Below, piece by piece: positions 34,512 to 44,127 of a stretch of 64,000 bases of DNA; position 1 is the first letter of the stretch; each line of letters opens with the position of its first letter. The notes under the pieces were generated by a model that worked only from the letters and a program-made list of their open reading frames with translations, had not been told where the DNA came from and ran no database searches. The stretch covers positions 164,850 through 228,849 of IMG/VR virus record IMGVR_UViG_3300034117_001294; one strand, 5' to 3'. Position numbers and translations under genes: made by a program.

Positions 34512-34957
34512 TGAACAATATCTTTAAAAAATTATTTGGTATCGATAAAATTGAAGCCGAAACTAGACGTGCAATAGAAGATGCAGAACGTGCTACAAAA
34601 ATTGCTAAAGAAGCAACTGAGCAAGCAGAACGTGCTAAAGAATTAGAACGGTTGTCAAAACTCAGTCCAAAAGAAATAGCAAACGAAAAGAAAGAGCCCT
34701 GGGTAGCTGTATTGGATACTCATGTCAATAAAGAAAACGTGCGTAACGGATTCTTTGAACTTGACTGGAATGAGTATTTCGTGTTACAATTAAGGTCCGC
34801 TGGTTATACTGGCGAAACAGATGAGGCCATTGTAGATAAATGGTTCCAAGAACTTTGCAGAGGCGTAGGTGCCGAAGAAGGTGTAGATATGGAACGTAGA
34901 GGCAGTGGCTTTGTAAATGTAAACAATTTAGGTAATGGGAAAGTTGAGGTTAGTTAA
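34511..34957 (+). CDS. conserved hypothetical phage protein
   Basis: TAATG coupling; EPWV, GFFELDWN. Confidence 0.75.
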   Translation: MNNIFKKLFGIDKIEAETRRAIEDAERATKIAKEATEQAERAKELERLSKLSPKEIANEKKEPWVAVLDTHVNKENVRNGFFELDWNEYFVLQLRSAGYTGETDEAIVDKWFQELCRGVGAEEGVDMERRGSGFVNVNNLGNGKVEVS

Positions 34958-35961
34958 TGGCACAGACATTTATTCACGTTGATACTGCAAATACATTCTT
35001 CCGAGCTCGACATGTAGTACGTGGCGGTCTTGAAGACAAAGTGGGCATGAGTCTGCATACTATTCTCAGCAGTGTACGCAAGGCGTGGCGTGATTTTAAA
35101 GGTGACCATGTTATCTTTCACCTCGAGGGGCGTAGCTGGCGTAAGGACTTTTATGCTCCTTACAAGCGTCAACGTACAGAAGCTCGTGCGGCACAGAGTC
35201 CTCGAGAAGCCGAGGAAGACCGCGTATTTTGGGAAACGTTTGATCAGTTTAAAGACTTTGTGACTAACAAGACTAACTGTACTGTGTTGCAAAATCCACG
35301 ATTAGAAGCAGATGATCTTATTGCAGGATTCATTCAAGCACATCCCGAAGATCAGCATATTATCATTTCGACAGATGGCGATTTTGCACAATTAGTTGCA
35401 CCCAATGTGAAACAATATAATGGTGTCAGTCAAGTAACTACTACTCACGAGGGGTACTTTGATGAAAAGGGCAAACGAGTTAAAGACAAGAAAACTGGAC
35501 TCATAAAACCTGAACCTGATCCAGAATGGCTATTGTTTGAGAAATGTATGCGTGGCGACACTAGCGACAATATCTTTAGTGCATATCCCGGTGTGCGTGA
35601 AAAAGGCACTAAAAATAAAGTAGGGCTTCGTGAAGCATTTGCCGACCGTAATTCTAAAGGCTATTCTTGGAACAATCTCATGTTGCAGAAGTGGGTAGAC
35701 CACGAAGGCATTGAACATAAAGTGCTAGATGATTATAATCGAAATCGTCTATTGTGTGACTTGACTGAACAGCCAGAAGAGATTCGCAATCTCATTACCG
35801 AAACTATTAACACTGCAATTACCGCAGAAAAGAATGTTCCGCAAGTTGGCATTAGACTTATGAAGTTTTGTGCAACTTATGATTTGCAAAAAATTACAGA
35901 CCAAGCACAAAGTTATGCGGAGCCTTTTAATGCAAGATATACTAGTAACGTGTCAGTTTGA
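34957..35961 (+). CDS. rnh: RNase H / 5'-3' flap exonuclease (T4 rnh-like)
   Basis: VDTAN, SWRK..YAPYK..R, LEADD, STDGDF.QL, GDTSDNI. Confidence 0.88.
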   Translation: MAQTFIHVDTANTFFRARHVVRGGLEDKVGMSLHTILSSVRKAWRDFKGDHVIFHLEGRSWRKDFYAPYKRQRTEARAAQSPREAEEDRVFWETFDQFKDFVTNKTNCTVLQNPRLEADDLIAGFIQAHPEDQHIIISTDGDFAQLVAPNVKQYNGVSQVTTTHEGYFDEKGKRVKDKKTGLIKPEPDPEWLLFEKCMRGDTSDNIFSAYPGVREKGTKNKVGLREAFADRNSKGYSWNNLMLQKWVDHEGIEHKVLDDYNRNRLLCDLTEQPEEIRNLITETINTAITAEKNVPQVGIRLMKFCATYDLQKITDQAQSYAEPFNARYTSNVSV

Positions 35962-36004
35962 AGACACTTGTAAAAATAAAACAGATACATGTTGGGAGAC
36001 AAAA

Positions 36005-36490
36005 ATGACAACTATTGCAAAACCTTTAATACCTAACAAAAGTTGGCTATTAGAAAGAGACGGACTCAAAGTAGGTACCCTGAACAAAGAACGCAGTTCG
36101 TATTCTATTTTAAAGAACGGTAATAAAATTGCCATAGGCACAGTAAAAGATGTCAAAGAAAAACTAGGCGTTGTATTTTTTGACGTTGTTAAATCTGTAA
36201 AATCTGAAACTACAGAATATGCAGTTTATGATTTTCCGTGTGGATCAAGGCCGTTTGGATCAGTATACGACATTAGAAAAAGATTACCTATCTATGCTAA
36301 GAGTACAAAAAGTAAAAGTCAATATTGTGCAGGACACTATGTAATTAAATTCCGCAAAGGGTGGGTTAAAAGTTTTTGTCCTAAGCTAATTACATTAGAT
36401 CGATATCCATTTCACGGACCTTTTAAAACAGAAGTTGAAATGAAACAGATGCTCACTACTCTAAGTAAAAAAGAAAATGAAACAAATTAA
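36005..36490 (+). CDS. hypothetical phage protein
   Basis: GGAG RBS before ATG 36005. Confidence 0.75.
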   Translation: MTTIAKPLIPNKSWLLERDGLKVGTLNKERSSYSILKNGNKIAIGTVKDVKEKLGVVFFDVVKSVKSETTEYAVYDFPCGSRPFGSVYDIRKRLPIYAKSTKSKSQYCAGHYVIKFRKGWVKSFCPKLITLDRYPFHGPFKTEVEMKQMLTTLSKKENETN

Positions 36491-36704
36491 CACATTAGCC
36501 ATCGAAAACTATCTCGAAAAGGCTCGTATTGCAAAGAAATCAGGTCAAAAGACTGTAGTTCTAGACATAAATGAAGCCACTGCATTAGCAGACAGTCTTG
36601 CGGTTGTTATGACTAGACTAGTGGGAAAATTAGAAGACTTTGTACAGCAACCTAGTCAAGAAGATGTGATACAGGTCTCAATGGACGGGGGCGGATTTCG
36701 ATAA
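36477..36704 (+). CDS. hypothetical protein
   Basis: 75-aa ORF ending MDGGGFR. Confidence 0.7.
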   Translation: MKQINTLAIENYLEKARIAKKSGQKTVVLDINEATALADSLAVVMTRLVGKLEDFVQQPSQEDVIQVSMDGGGFR

Positions 36705-36748
36705 GTCCCAACTAAATAAATGCGTATATAACGGAGAATGTACGCATC

Positions 36749-37048
36749 ATGAGCAGACCTAAACCTACAGTATTATTAGAACTAACAAATAAAAAAAATT
36801 ACAAGACTGAACAGGTATTGGAAGCTGATGCCATTTGGGCAGTTTTTTATAAAGACAGGCCTGTCAACTTAAAAACTACCAGCATAGTAGCACAAGACCT
36901 AGGTCCAAAGTATAAAAAAGTTAGTTTTTCCAACAGCGGACATGCACACAATCTAGCGGAACGACTGAACAAAATGTTTAATTGCCAGGACTTCTCCGTT
37001 TATAAACTCACAACTGGTGAAAAACTAGGCAATGAATCAGCGGACTGA
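36749..37048 (+). CDS. conserved hypothetical phage protein
   Basis: TAAATA at 36713, GGAG RBS; MSRPKP..KYKKVSFSNSGHA. Confidence 0.8.
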   Translation: MSRPKPTVLLELTNKKNYKTEQVLEADAIWAVFYKDRPVNLKTTSIVAQDLGPKYKKVSFSNSGHAHNLAERLNKMFNCQDFSVYKLTTGEKLGNESAD

Positions 37049-37439
37049 AATAGTCAAATACGTTTTAGAAACACTAGGAAAGCCTCATCACGACGAGTAT
37101 GTTAAAAAAATGCTGCCTGCATTTTGGATGAATCCTAGACAAAAAGCAACAGGCGGATTAAGACTAACTGATTCCGGGCAAGAATGGATGCAACTTGCTG
37201 ACATCAAATGCTATCAAATTGATCTCCCAAAAGAAATTGAATGGACAAATCGGTTAATTATCCAAATGGATCAATTTATTGATTGTCCATTTTATCTAAC
37301 CAAAAAAGCTATCTTTGTATATAGAGAAAAGATGGCTGTGCAATTAGTGTTATTTTCCGGAAATATTCAAAAATACGGCCTTTCTAAAGCTATGAGTGTT
37401 GCAAAAACACAACAGCAAAAACCATTGACAACTGACTAA
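37032..37439 (+). CDS. hypothetical phage protein
   Basis: 135-aa ORF; GGLRLT. Confidence 0.75.
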   Translation: MNQRTEIVKYVLETLGKPHHDEYVKKMLPAFWMNPRQKATGGLRLTDSGQEWMQLADIKCYQIDLPKEIEWTNRLIIQMDQFIDCPFYLTKKAIFVYREKMAVQLVLFSGNIQKYGLSKAMSVAKTQQQKPLTTD

Positions 37440-37453
37440 AAAGCCTGTATAAT
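37425..37453 (+). promoter_or_regulatory. consensus sigma70 early promoter
   Basis: TTGACA, 17-nt spacer, TATAAT. Confidence 0.8.
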
Positions 37454-37512
37454 CAATACATACGCTAACGATACAGCGTACAAATTTTCAACACATTTTT
37501 TAAGGTTTTAAA

Positions 37513-38595
37513 ATGGCAGAAGCTCTCAGCGGTAATCGTGCAGTCACTCCTAACGAAGCAAAAAAGTCTATTCGCAAGTGCGTAAAGATTAAGCGTCCAG
37601 TATTCATGTGGGGTGCTCCAGGCATCGGCAAGTCCGATATTGTTAAACAAATTGGCGATGAACAAAATCGCGAAGTGATTGACGTTCGTTTGTCACTTTG
37701 GGAACCTACCGATATCAAAGGTATTCCTTATTACAACTCTACTTCCAACACAATGACTTGGGCACCTCCTGCAGAACTGCCCACTGATCCAGAATCTACT
37801 GCAATCTTGTTCTTGGATGAATTGAATTCAGCGGCACCTGCTACACAGGCCGCGGCATACCAGCTAGTTTTAAACCGCCGAGTTGGTACTTACAAATTGC
37901 CAGATGGTGTTTCAATTGTTGCCGCAGGTAACCGTGAAACTGACAAGGGTGTTACTTATCGTATGCCTGCTCCGTTGGCTAACCGTTTCTTGCACTTAGA
38001 ACTCCGTACAGATTTCGAAGACTGGCTCATGTGGGCTACTAAGAATCGTATCCATGAACAGGTTGTTGGATACTGCTCGTTTGCCAAACAAGACCTGTAT
38101 GACTTTGATCCAAAGTCTAGTTCACGTGCCTTTGCTACACCTCGCTCTTGGAGCTTTGTATCCGATCTGTTGATTGACGACGACTTGGATGAACGTACAC
38201 TGACTGACCTAGTGTCGGGTGCTATTGGTGAAGGTCTTGCTGTTAAGTTTATGGCACACCGCAAGGTTGCTAAACAGATGCCACAGCCCGAAGACATTCT
38301 GTCAGGCAAGGTTACTAAGATCAATATCAAAGAAATCTCCGCTATGTATTCTTTGACAACTTCTATGTGCTACGAGCTTCAAGAAGCAGATCGCAAGAAA
38401 GTCAAAGAGTGGGACAGTATGGCAGATAACTTCTTTGGATTTATGATGGATAATTTTCCAACTGAATTGGTTGTTATGGGTGCAAAGGTTGCGTTGACTA
38501 ACTATCAACTGCCGTTTGATGCGTCTAAGTTGAAGAACTTTGACAAGTTCCATGACAAGTACGGCAAGTACATTATCCAAGCAATGGAAGGTTAA
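37513..38595 (+). CDS. MoxR-like AAA+ ATPase
   Basis: WGAPGIGKS, LFLDELN, AAGNR, PLANRF, TPRSW. Confidence 0.88.
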   Translation: MAEALSGNRAVTPNEAKKSIRKCVKIKRPVFMWGAPGIGKSDIVKQIGDEQNREVIDVRLSLWEPTDIKGIPYYNSTSNTMTWAPPAELPTDPESTAILFLDELNSAAPATQAAAYQLVLNRRVGTYKLPDGVSIVAAGNRETDKGVTYRMPAPLANRFLHLELRTDFEDWLMWATKNRIHEQVVGYCSFAKQDLYDFDPKSSSRAFATPRSWSFVSDLLIDDDLDERTLTDLVSGAIGEGLAVKFMAHRKVAKQMPQPEDILSGKVTKINIKEISAMYSLTTSMCYELQEADRKKVKEWDSMADNFFGFMMDNFPTELVVMGAKVALTNYQLPFDASKLKNFDKFHDKYGKYIIQAMEG

Positions 38596-38599
38596 AATT

Positions 38600-38620
38600 G
38601 GGCCCTTCGGGGCCCTTTTT
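38600..38620 (+). terminator. Rho-independent terminator
   Basis: GGGCCC-TTCG-GGGCCC-TTTTT. Confidence 0.9.
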
Positions 38621-38622
38621 GC

Positions 38623-38651
38623 TTGACTTTTAACAGTTTTGGGTATATAAT
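38623..38651 (+). promoter_or_regulatory. sigma70 promoter
   Basis: TTGACT, 17-nt spacer, TATAAT, immediately after terminator. Confidence 0.75.
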
Positions 38652-38678
38652 AATACATAGACAACAAAAGGACACAAT

Positions 38679-39941
38679 ATGTCAACAGTTATGAAAGCAG
38701 AAAAAGTCAAAAAGACTGCACCTGCAAAAGAATACACTTCCGCCGAAAAGGCAAAAATTGTAGATAAACTGATCACCGCACGAGTTGGTCTGTTGCTCCG
38801 TCATCCGTTCTTTGGTAATCTTGCCACACGTATGAAGTTAATTGATGCATCAGAATGGTGTTCAACATTAGCAACAGACGGACGTAATTTCTATTACAAT
38901 CTAGACTTTGTGAATAAACTTAAACCCAAAGAGGCAGAGTTTGGATTTGCACACGAAGTTCTTCACAACGTTTTTGATCACATGGGCCGCCGTGATGGAC
39001 GAGATCCTAAACTGTCAAACATTGCCGCAGATTATGCAGCCAATCAGATTCTCAAAGATGAGAAAATTGGGGAAGTGCCTAATTTTATTAAAATCTTCCA
39101 AGACAACAAATACCGCGGTTGGAGTTACGAACAGATTTATGACGAGTTATACGAGAAGGCTGAAAAGATTGATCTAAGTCAGCTCGGCGAACTACTCGAC
39201 GAGCACTTGGACGGAGAAGGCGATGGAGAGAGTGAAGGCGAGGATGGCGAGGAAGTAGACGGTAGTGGTAAAGGTCGTCCTCGACTAACTGCTGAAGAAA
39301 AGAAAGCTATCCGAGACGAGATTAAAGAAGCAATGGTAGCGGCTGCTCAGGCAGCAGGTGCCGGCCGTATTCCTGCAGGTGTTCAACGTCTTATCAAAGA
39401 CTTCACTGAGCCTAAAATGGATTGGCGTCAACTGCTCCGCATGAATATCCAAAGTATCATTAAGAGCAATTTTAGCTTCCAGCGTCCTAATCGTAAGTCA
39501 CAGCACTGTGGTGCTATCTTGCCAGGTATGATGAACGAAGAAACTATCGATGTGTCTGTTGCAATTGACATGAGTGGTAGTATTTCGGACTCTATGGCAA
39601 AAGACTTCTTAAGTGAAGTTAAGGGCATTATGGACGAGTATCAAGACTTTAAACTTGATCTGTGGTGCTTTGATACCAGTGTCTATAACTATGCAAAATT
39701 CACTGGTGACACTGCTGACGAAATTATGAGCTACGATGTTAAAGGTGGCGGTGGAACTGATTTTGATGCCAACTGGGACTTCATGAAAGAAGAAGGTATT
39801 GAGCCTAAGCGTTTTATTATGTTTACAGACGGATATCCTTGCGGTAGCTGGGGCGACGAAAACTACTGTGAAACACTGTTTGTGATCCACGGTACTGAAT
39901 CTATTGTTTCTCCATTCGGCCAGACTGCCTATTATAAATAA
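38679..39941 (+). CDS. DUF2201-like metallopeptidase plus VWA domain protein (MoxR partner)
   Basis: ATDG, AHEVLH (HExxH), NIAAD; MIDAS DMSGS, GGGGTDF, FTDG. Confidence 0.88.
   Translation: MSTVMKAEKVKKTAPAKEYTSAEKAKIVDKLITARVGLLLRHPFFGNLATRMKLIDASEWCSTLATDGRNFYYNLDFVNKLKPKEAEFGFAHEVLHNVFDHMGRRDGRDPKLSNIAADYAANQILKDEKIGEVPNFIKIFQDNKYRGWSYEQIYDELYEKAEKIDLSQLGELLDEHLDGEGDGESEGEDGEEVDGSGKGRPRLTAEEKKAIRDEIKEAMVAAAQAAGAGRIPAGVQRLIKDFTEPKMDWRQLLRMNIQSIIKSNFSFQRPNRKSQHCGAILPGMMNEETIDVSVAIDMSGSISDSMAKDFLSEVKGIMDEYQDFKLDLWCFDTSVYNYAKFTGDTADEIMSYDVKGGGGTDFDANWDFMKEEGIEPKRFIMFTDGYPCGSWGDENYCETLFVIHGTESIVSPFGQTAYYK
39933..39940 (+). promoter_or_regulatory. T4-type late promoter TATAAATA
   Basis: Exact consensus 13 nt before ATG 39954. 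Confidence 0.55.
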
Positions 39942-39953
39942 AGTAGGTATATT

Positions 39954-40232
39954 ATGGCTATCAGTAAAGGAAGGGTGAATCCGTTAAATGTTCTCTCAAT
40001 GAGGAGATTGGATCGGATTCCTCCTAATTTTAGCAAGCTCCAAATTAAAAAAATGCTCGATATTAGAGAGCTAGATAAATGGATTTATCTTAATTTGGAT
40101 AGTCGTTATTGCGTCAGAAAATGCACCATCGTGGATGATAATAAGCTAACTACTGCTATCGAGATAGGTGTTGAAGATGCAAAAGAACTATCTATGCTAT
40201 CGTTAGCCTGTCCACTTTTGCATAAGGATTAA
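39954..40232 (+). CDS. hypothetical protein
   Basis: 92-aa ORF. Confidence 0.7.
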   Translation: MAISKGRVNPLNVLSMRRLDRIPPNFSKLQIKKMLDIRELDKWIYLNLDSRYCVRKCTIVDDNKLTTAIEIGVEDAKELSMLSLACPLLHKD

Positions 40233-40234
40233 AA

Positions 40235-40450
40235 ATGTCAGAACAAGAAAAACAAGCCCCTGAGCTAACAATTACAGATCTACAAAATGTAAGATCTATT
40301 ATTGATATTGCCGCAACTCGCGGTGCATTCAAAGCAGCCGAGATGGCCGCAGTTGGAGGTGTATTTAATAAATTAGATACCTTCTTGGCTGCTGTTGTAC
40401 CTGCACAGAAAGCACCAGAGGCTGCTGAGCAAACTGCTCAACCAGAATAA
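40235..40450 (+). CDS. hypothetical protein
   Basis: 71-aa ORF; IIDIAATRGAFKA.E. Confidence 0.75.
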   Translation: MSEQEKQAPELTITDLQNVRSIIDIAATRGAFKAAEMAAVGGVFNKLDTFLAAVVPAQKAPEAAEQTAQPE

Positions 40451-40459
40451 GGATAAAAT

Positions 40460-41086
40460 ATGAAACATGTTGGAAAAATGAAGAACAACGGAGCAAAGTT
40501 AGCCGTTGTGTTTAGAACACTGCCCGGCGAAGCTACCAGTGCTCTAGTATGCGGTACTAATGCATTACCTGATGCATTCCACGATTCTCTTATGAGTCTA
40601 ATTGAAAGCGAGTCCGGTCAGCAAGCAAATGAACTTGCAGATGTACTGGCTGTACGCAGGTTCCCAGATGGTTCCAACATGTTGGAATTCTTACACCGTA
40701 ATGGACTATTGACCAAAGTTGCAACCAACATGGTCACTATGGTATTTGATAATAAGAATCAAATTGCATTAAGTGAACTAAATCAACTAGTTGCTGACCA
40801 AAAAGGTATTACTATTGATCAATTATCTATTACAGAATCAACTGAGCAGAAACCAGCAAGTCCTGTTGCAAAGGAATCTGTAAAAACTAAATGGGACAGA
40901 GCTAGAGAAGACAAAATCAAAGAAAACGAAATTGTCGTTGACAGCACACCTGTAGAGTTGTCTCCTACAGAAATGCGTAGCCGAGCAGATGCACTTTTTA
41001 AAGAGGCTGCAAGATTACGAAAAGAGGCAGACACTATTGATCCGCCAAAGAAGAAAACTTCAAAAGTAGAAACTACTGAAGCATAA
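40460..41086 (+). CDS. hypothetical phage protein
   Basis: 208-aa ORF, AAGGA RBS. Confidence 0.8.
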   Translation: MKHVGKMKNNGAKLAVVFRTLPGEATSALVCGTNALPDAFHDSLMSLIESESGQQANELADVLAVRRFPDGSNMLEFLHRNGLLTKVATNMVTMVFDNKNQIALSELNQLVADQKGITIDQLSITESTEQKPASPVAKESVKTKWDRAREDKIKENEIVVDSTPVELSPTEMRSRADALFKEAARLRKEADTIDPPKKKTSKVETTEA

Positions 41087-41109
41087 AAAGCCCCGGAAGG
41101 GGCTTTTTT
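41085..41109. terminator. bidirectional Rho-independent terminator at the strand switch
   Basis: AAAAAGCCCC-GGAA-GGGGCTTTTTT between convergent stop codons. Confidence 0.9.
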
Positions 41110-42487
41110 AATATACCATTACTTCAATAACGCCTGTTTCACCGTCAAAGTCTTGGAGTGCCTTTCCTAGCACTGCCATTGGATTTGTTCTATGTCCGTA
41201 CTTACGAACTTCAGCATGTCCAGGGATGTTAGACGAAACTAGTACATCACCTTTCTTAACTGGTCCTTTTACTTTACAAGGTACACGGCCTTTAAGTGCA
41301 ATAGCAACTCCGTTGACCAAATCTCTATTCAGTAGATACCCAGGTTGAGTAGATACAATGCCTGCAATACCTTCATGTTCGTAACTTGCACAGATAGTAA
41401 CTTCTGCTGTTCCGCCCAAACGTAGTACAGTGCCCGGTTCGTATTGAGCATCTGCAAGATAATTTTCTGCCAAGTCAGCACCCGCTGTATTAAACTCGTT
41501 ACCGTATATGATGTTAAAAGGATTTGAAGCACTGCCAATATTAACCAAGGTTCCCAGTGTTCTACTTGCAAGCAATGCTGGATTATCGCTAGCATCAACG
41601 TTAACAACATTTATAATTTCTTGGTTAGTATCAGTGACATTTAAACTAATTCTATATAAACTTGAAGTAACTTGAGCACCGTTTACATTGGAAAATAATC
41701 TTAATTGATTTTGTGCAATGTTAACTCCACTGACATTATTAACCTGTACCTGTGCTGTAAAAATAGGAGATTCGTATGTGACAAAATCACTAGACTCCTT
41801 GCCGTTTAATCGAATACTGTCAGAAGCTGTGCCCCATAGTAAGTAACCTTCAGGACTTCCAGAACTGTAAGATACTCCAAAACTGTTTGTTCCGGGTAAT
41901 GTTAATCCTCTTTTGATAATAGGATAATCTGAATAATCTCCAGATGTTGGAACAAATTGAGCCCTTGAAGCAATTACAATATCTTTAAGGTCTGTTTCAA
42001 CGAACTGATCTTGAATTTGGTGCTTCAGTACATAATGTACTTGCCCGTTTGATTCTTGTAGAAGAACAGGTGTTACTGTGTTAATTGCAGATTTGCCTGT
42101 TAGTTGTGGTCCAATTAAAACGTATCCTGTACCATCATAATAGTAAAGTTTACCTTCAGTTTCGTTGTAATGCAGATCACCTTTATATTGATCAGTGGGA
42201 TAATCTGTTGATGATTGTAACGAAGGAACTGGTTTAAACTCTGCACCATTGTAGAATTTAATTTTTCTATTAGTGCTATCGTACCAAATTTGACCAGTAA
42301 TTGGTTTAGGTGGTTGTTTACTGTTTGAGAAATTTTCTAAAAGTTTAACAAAATTAGTTGCGATAGATTCGCCATAGCCGGCATAATTTTTACCAACTAA
42401 AGATAGATCACAAACAGAAACGTTAATAGATCCATCCTCGATAGTAACTAATTTTGCACCGTTTGATTTGTTAATAATATATGACAT
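41108..42487 (-). CDS. tail fibre/baseplate-associated protein with C-terminal ADLAE domain (peptidase G2/chaperone-like)
   Basis: Shared N-terminus (LVGKNYAGYG..NFVKLLENF..P..GQIWYD); C-terminal ADLAENY..YEPGTV..GIVST.P..GRVPCKV.G...GD.LV. Confidence 0.75.
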   Translation of the reverse strand: MSYIINKSNGAKLVTIEDGSINVSVCDLSLVGKNYAGYGESIATNFVKLLENFSNSKQPPKPITGQIWYDSTNRKIKFYNGAEFKPVPSLQSSTDYPTDQYKGDLHYNETEGKLYYYDGTGYVLIGPQLTGKSAINTVTPVLLQESNGQVHYVLKHQIQDQFVETDLKDIVIASRAQFVPTSGDYSDYPIIKRGLTLPGTNSFGVSYSSGSPEGYLLWGTASDSIRLNGKESSDFVTYESPIFTAQVQVNNVSGVNIAQNQLRLFSNVNGAQVTSSLYRISLNVTDTNQEIINVVNVDASDNPALLASRTLGTLVNIGSASNPFNIIYGNEFNTAGADLAENYLADAQYEPGTVLRLGGTAEVTICASYEHEGIAGIVSTQPGYLLNRDLVNGVAIALKGRVPCKVKGPVKKGDVLVSSNIPGHAEVRKYGHRTNPMAVLGKALQDFDGETGVIEVMVY

Positions 42488-42490
42488 TCA

Positions 42491-44113
42491 TTAGCCTCTT
42501 GTTACCATTACTTCAATTACTCCCACATTTGGAGAGTTATAATTTTCCATTGCTTTCGCTACAATTGTTCCCGGACTTGGGAATAGCGAAGTTGTAAGGA
42601 CTCCCGGAATATGACTCACAACTAATAAATTACCTCGAGTGATATTGCCTGTTACCTTGCAAGGTACTCGGCCAACTAAAGCAATTGCAACTGAGTCAGT
42701 TAAATCAGAATTTAAAATTTGTGCAGGTTCTGTTGTTACAATTCCGGCAACTGCGGCGGTGCTGTGGACATTTGCAATAGTCACTTCCGATGTCCCGCCA
42801 AACATTACTACTGTTCCAGATTCATACTGCACATCACTTGCATATCTTTCTGCAATGTCAGCATAGTATGATGTTGTACCAATTGGTAATGTTAAAGATG
42901 AACCTGGGCCAAACGACCACTGGCCTACAAATGTTCCGTTAGTGCTAGGACTACCTGCTGATAATTTTGGTGAAATAACATTAATTATTGCAGTTACAGT
43001 GTTAGCATCCGAAGTAGCCGAAATAAACGAGCCGCCTGACACATCAAGAGAACTACCTGCACCTAATTTCCAAGCACCAGTAATGGTGCCTTCTTCAGTA
43101 GTTCCTCCAGAATTTAATCCTTTAGAGAATAAAGTAGCAAAGCGGGCATTTGATGCACCAAAACTAATTGTACCATCAGTACCTGGTTCAATTTTACTAC
43201 TAGAACTTAAAATAAACTTACCAACTAAATTTGCAGAAGTTATACTACTACCTGCATTAATTTCACTTGTGTAAACTTTAGCAAATTTATTTGAAGAATT
43301 TCCTAATGTTGTTAAATTACTTCCCGGCCTAAATTCAGATGCATTAACCACAACACTTCTATTTGTAGATTGTAATGTTAAATTGCCAGCTTCGCTCGAA
43401 TAGATAGTAGATGTACCAATTCCAATACCGCTACTATTAGTAAAAGACCATCTTGCGGTAATTACTTCAGCAACATCTGCTTTTAAATATATATCGTCGG
43501 AACTAATACTTGCACCAGATGCAAAATTAAAGCCTCTACCAACATGTGGAATTCCTGCAAGGTATACTGCTTCAGTAGATTTAACATCAAAGTCATCATT
43601 AGACACTGCACCTAAAATTATGCCATCGGCGTACATCACAATACAGGCATGCAATCCGTCGGCAGTATCAATAACTTTAGTTGACACAAACTTAGTAGTG
43701 CCAAATCCAGGAACTGCTTCTGGTCCAATTAATGAATAATTGGATAGCGTGTTCTTAATAAACAATTGTCCTGCAGAAGTTTCGTACCAAAAATCACCAA
43801 GTGTTGCATTTGTTGCAGAGGTTACACCTGAGGTAACAATTCCAATAGTTCTCCATTCTGCACCGTCGTATACTTTTGGTTTTAACACACTAATAGATTT
43901 GTCAAACCAAAGTTGCCCTTGTACTTTATTAACAGGTTCTACTGTTCCTGCAAAATTTTCAGTCAACCAAAGGAAGTTATCGTTTTGAATAGTACCATAA
44001 CTAGTAACATCTTTACCAATTAAATAGAGACTAGAAGAAGCCTGCTGATCGACTACCCCGTCTGCAAGGGTTATAAAAGCTCTCCCGTCAAAATAATTCA
44101 AATTATAAGGCAT
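42491..44113 (-). CDS. tail fibre/baseplate-associated protein, paralogue of 41108-42487
   Basis: Same N-terminal domain and ADIAERY C-terminal domain. Confidence 0.75.
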   Translation of the reverse strand: MPYNLNYFDGRAFITLADGVVDQQASSSLYLIGKDVTSYGTIQNDNFLWLTENFAGTVEPVNKVQGQLWFDKSISVLKPKVYDGAEWRTIGIVTSGVTSATNATLGDFWYETSAGQLFIKNTLSNYSLIGPEAVPGFGTTKFVSTKVIDTADGLHACIVMYADGIILGAVSNDDFDVKSTEAVYLAGIPHVGRGFNFASGASISSDDIYLKADVAEVITARWSFTNSSGIGIGTSTIYSSEAGNLTLQSTNRSVVVNASEFRPGSNLTTLGNSSNKFAKVYTSEINAGSSITSANLVGKFILSSSSKIEPGTDGTISFGASNARFATLFSKGLNSGGTTEEGTITGAWKLGAGSSLDVSGGSFISATSDANTVTAIINVISPKLSAGSPSTNGTFVGQWSFGPGSSLTLPIGTTSYYADIAERYASDVQYESGTVVMFGGTSEVTIANVHSTAAVAGIVTTEPAQILNSDLTDSVAIALVGRVPCKVTGNITRGNLLVVSHIPGVLTTSLFPSPGTIVAKAMENYNSPNVGVIEVMVTRG

Positions 44114-44127
44114 CTAGTTGCTCTCCG

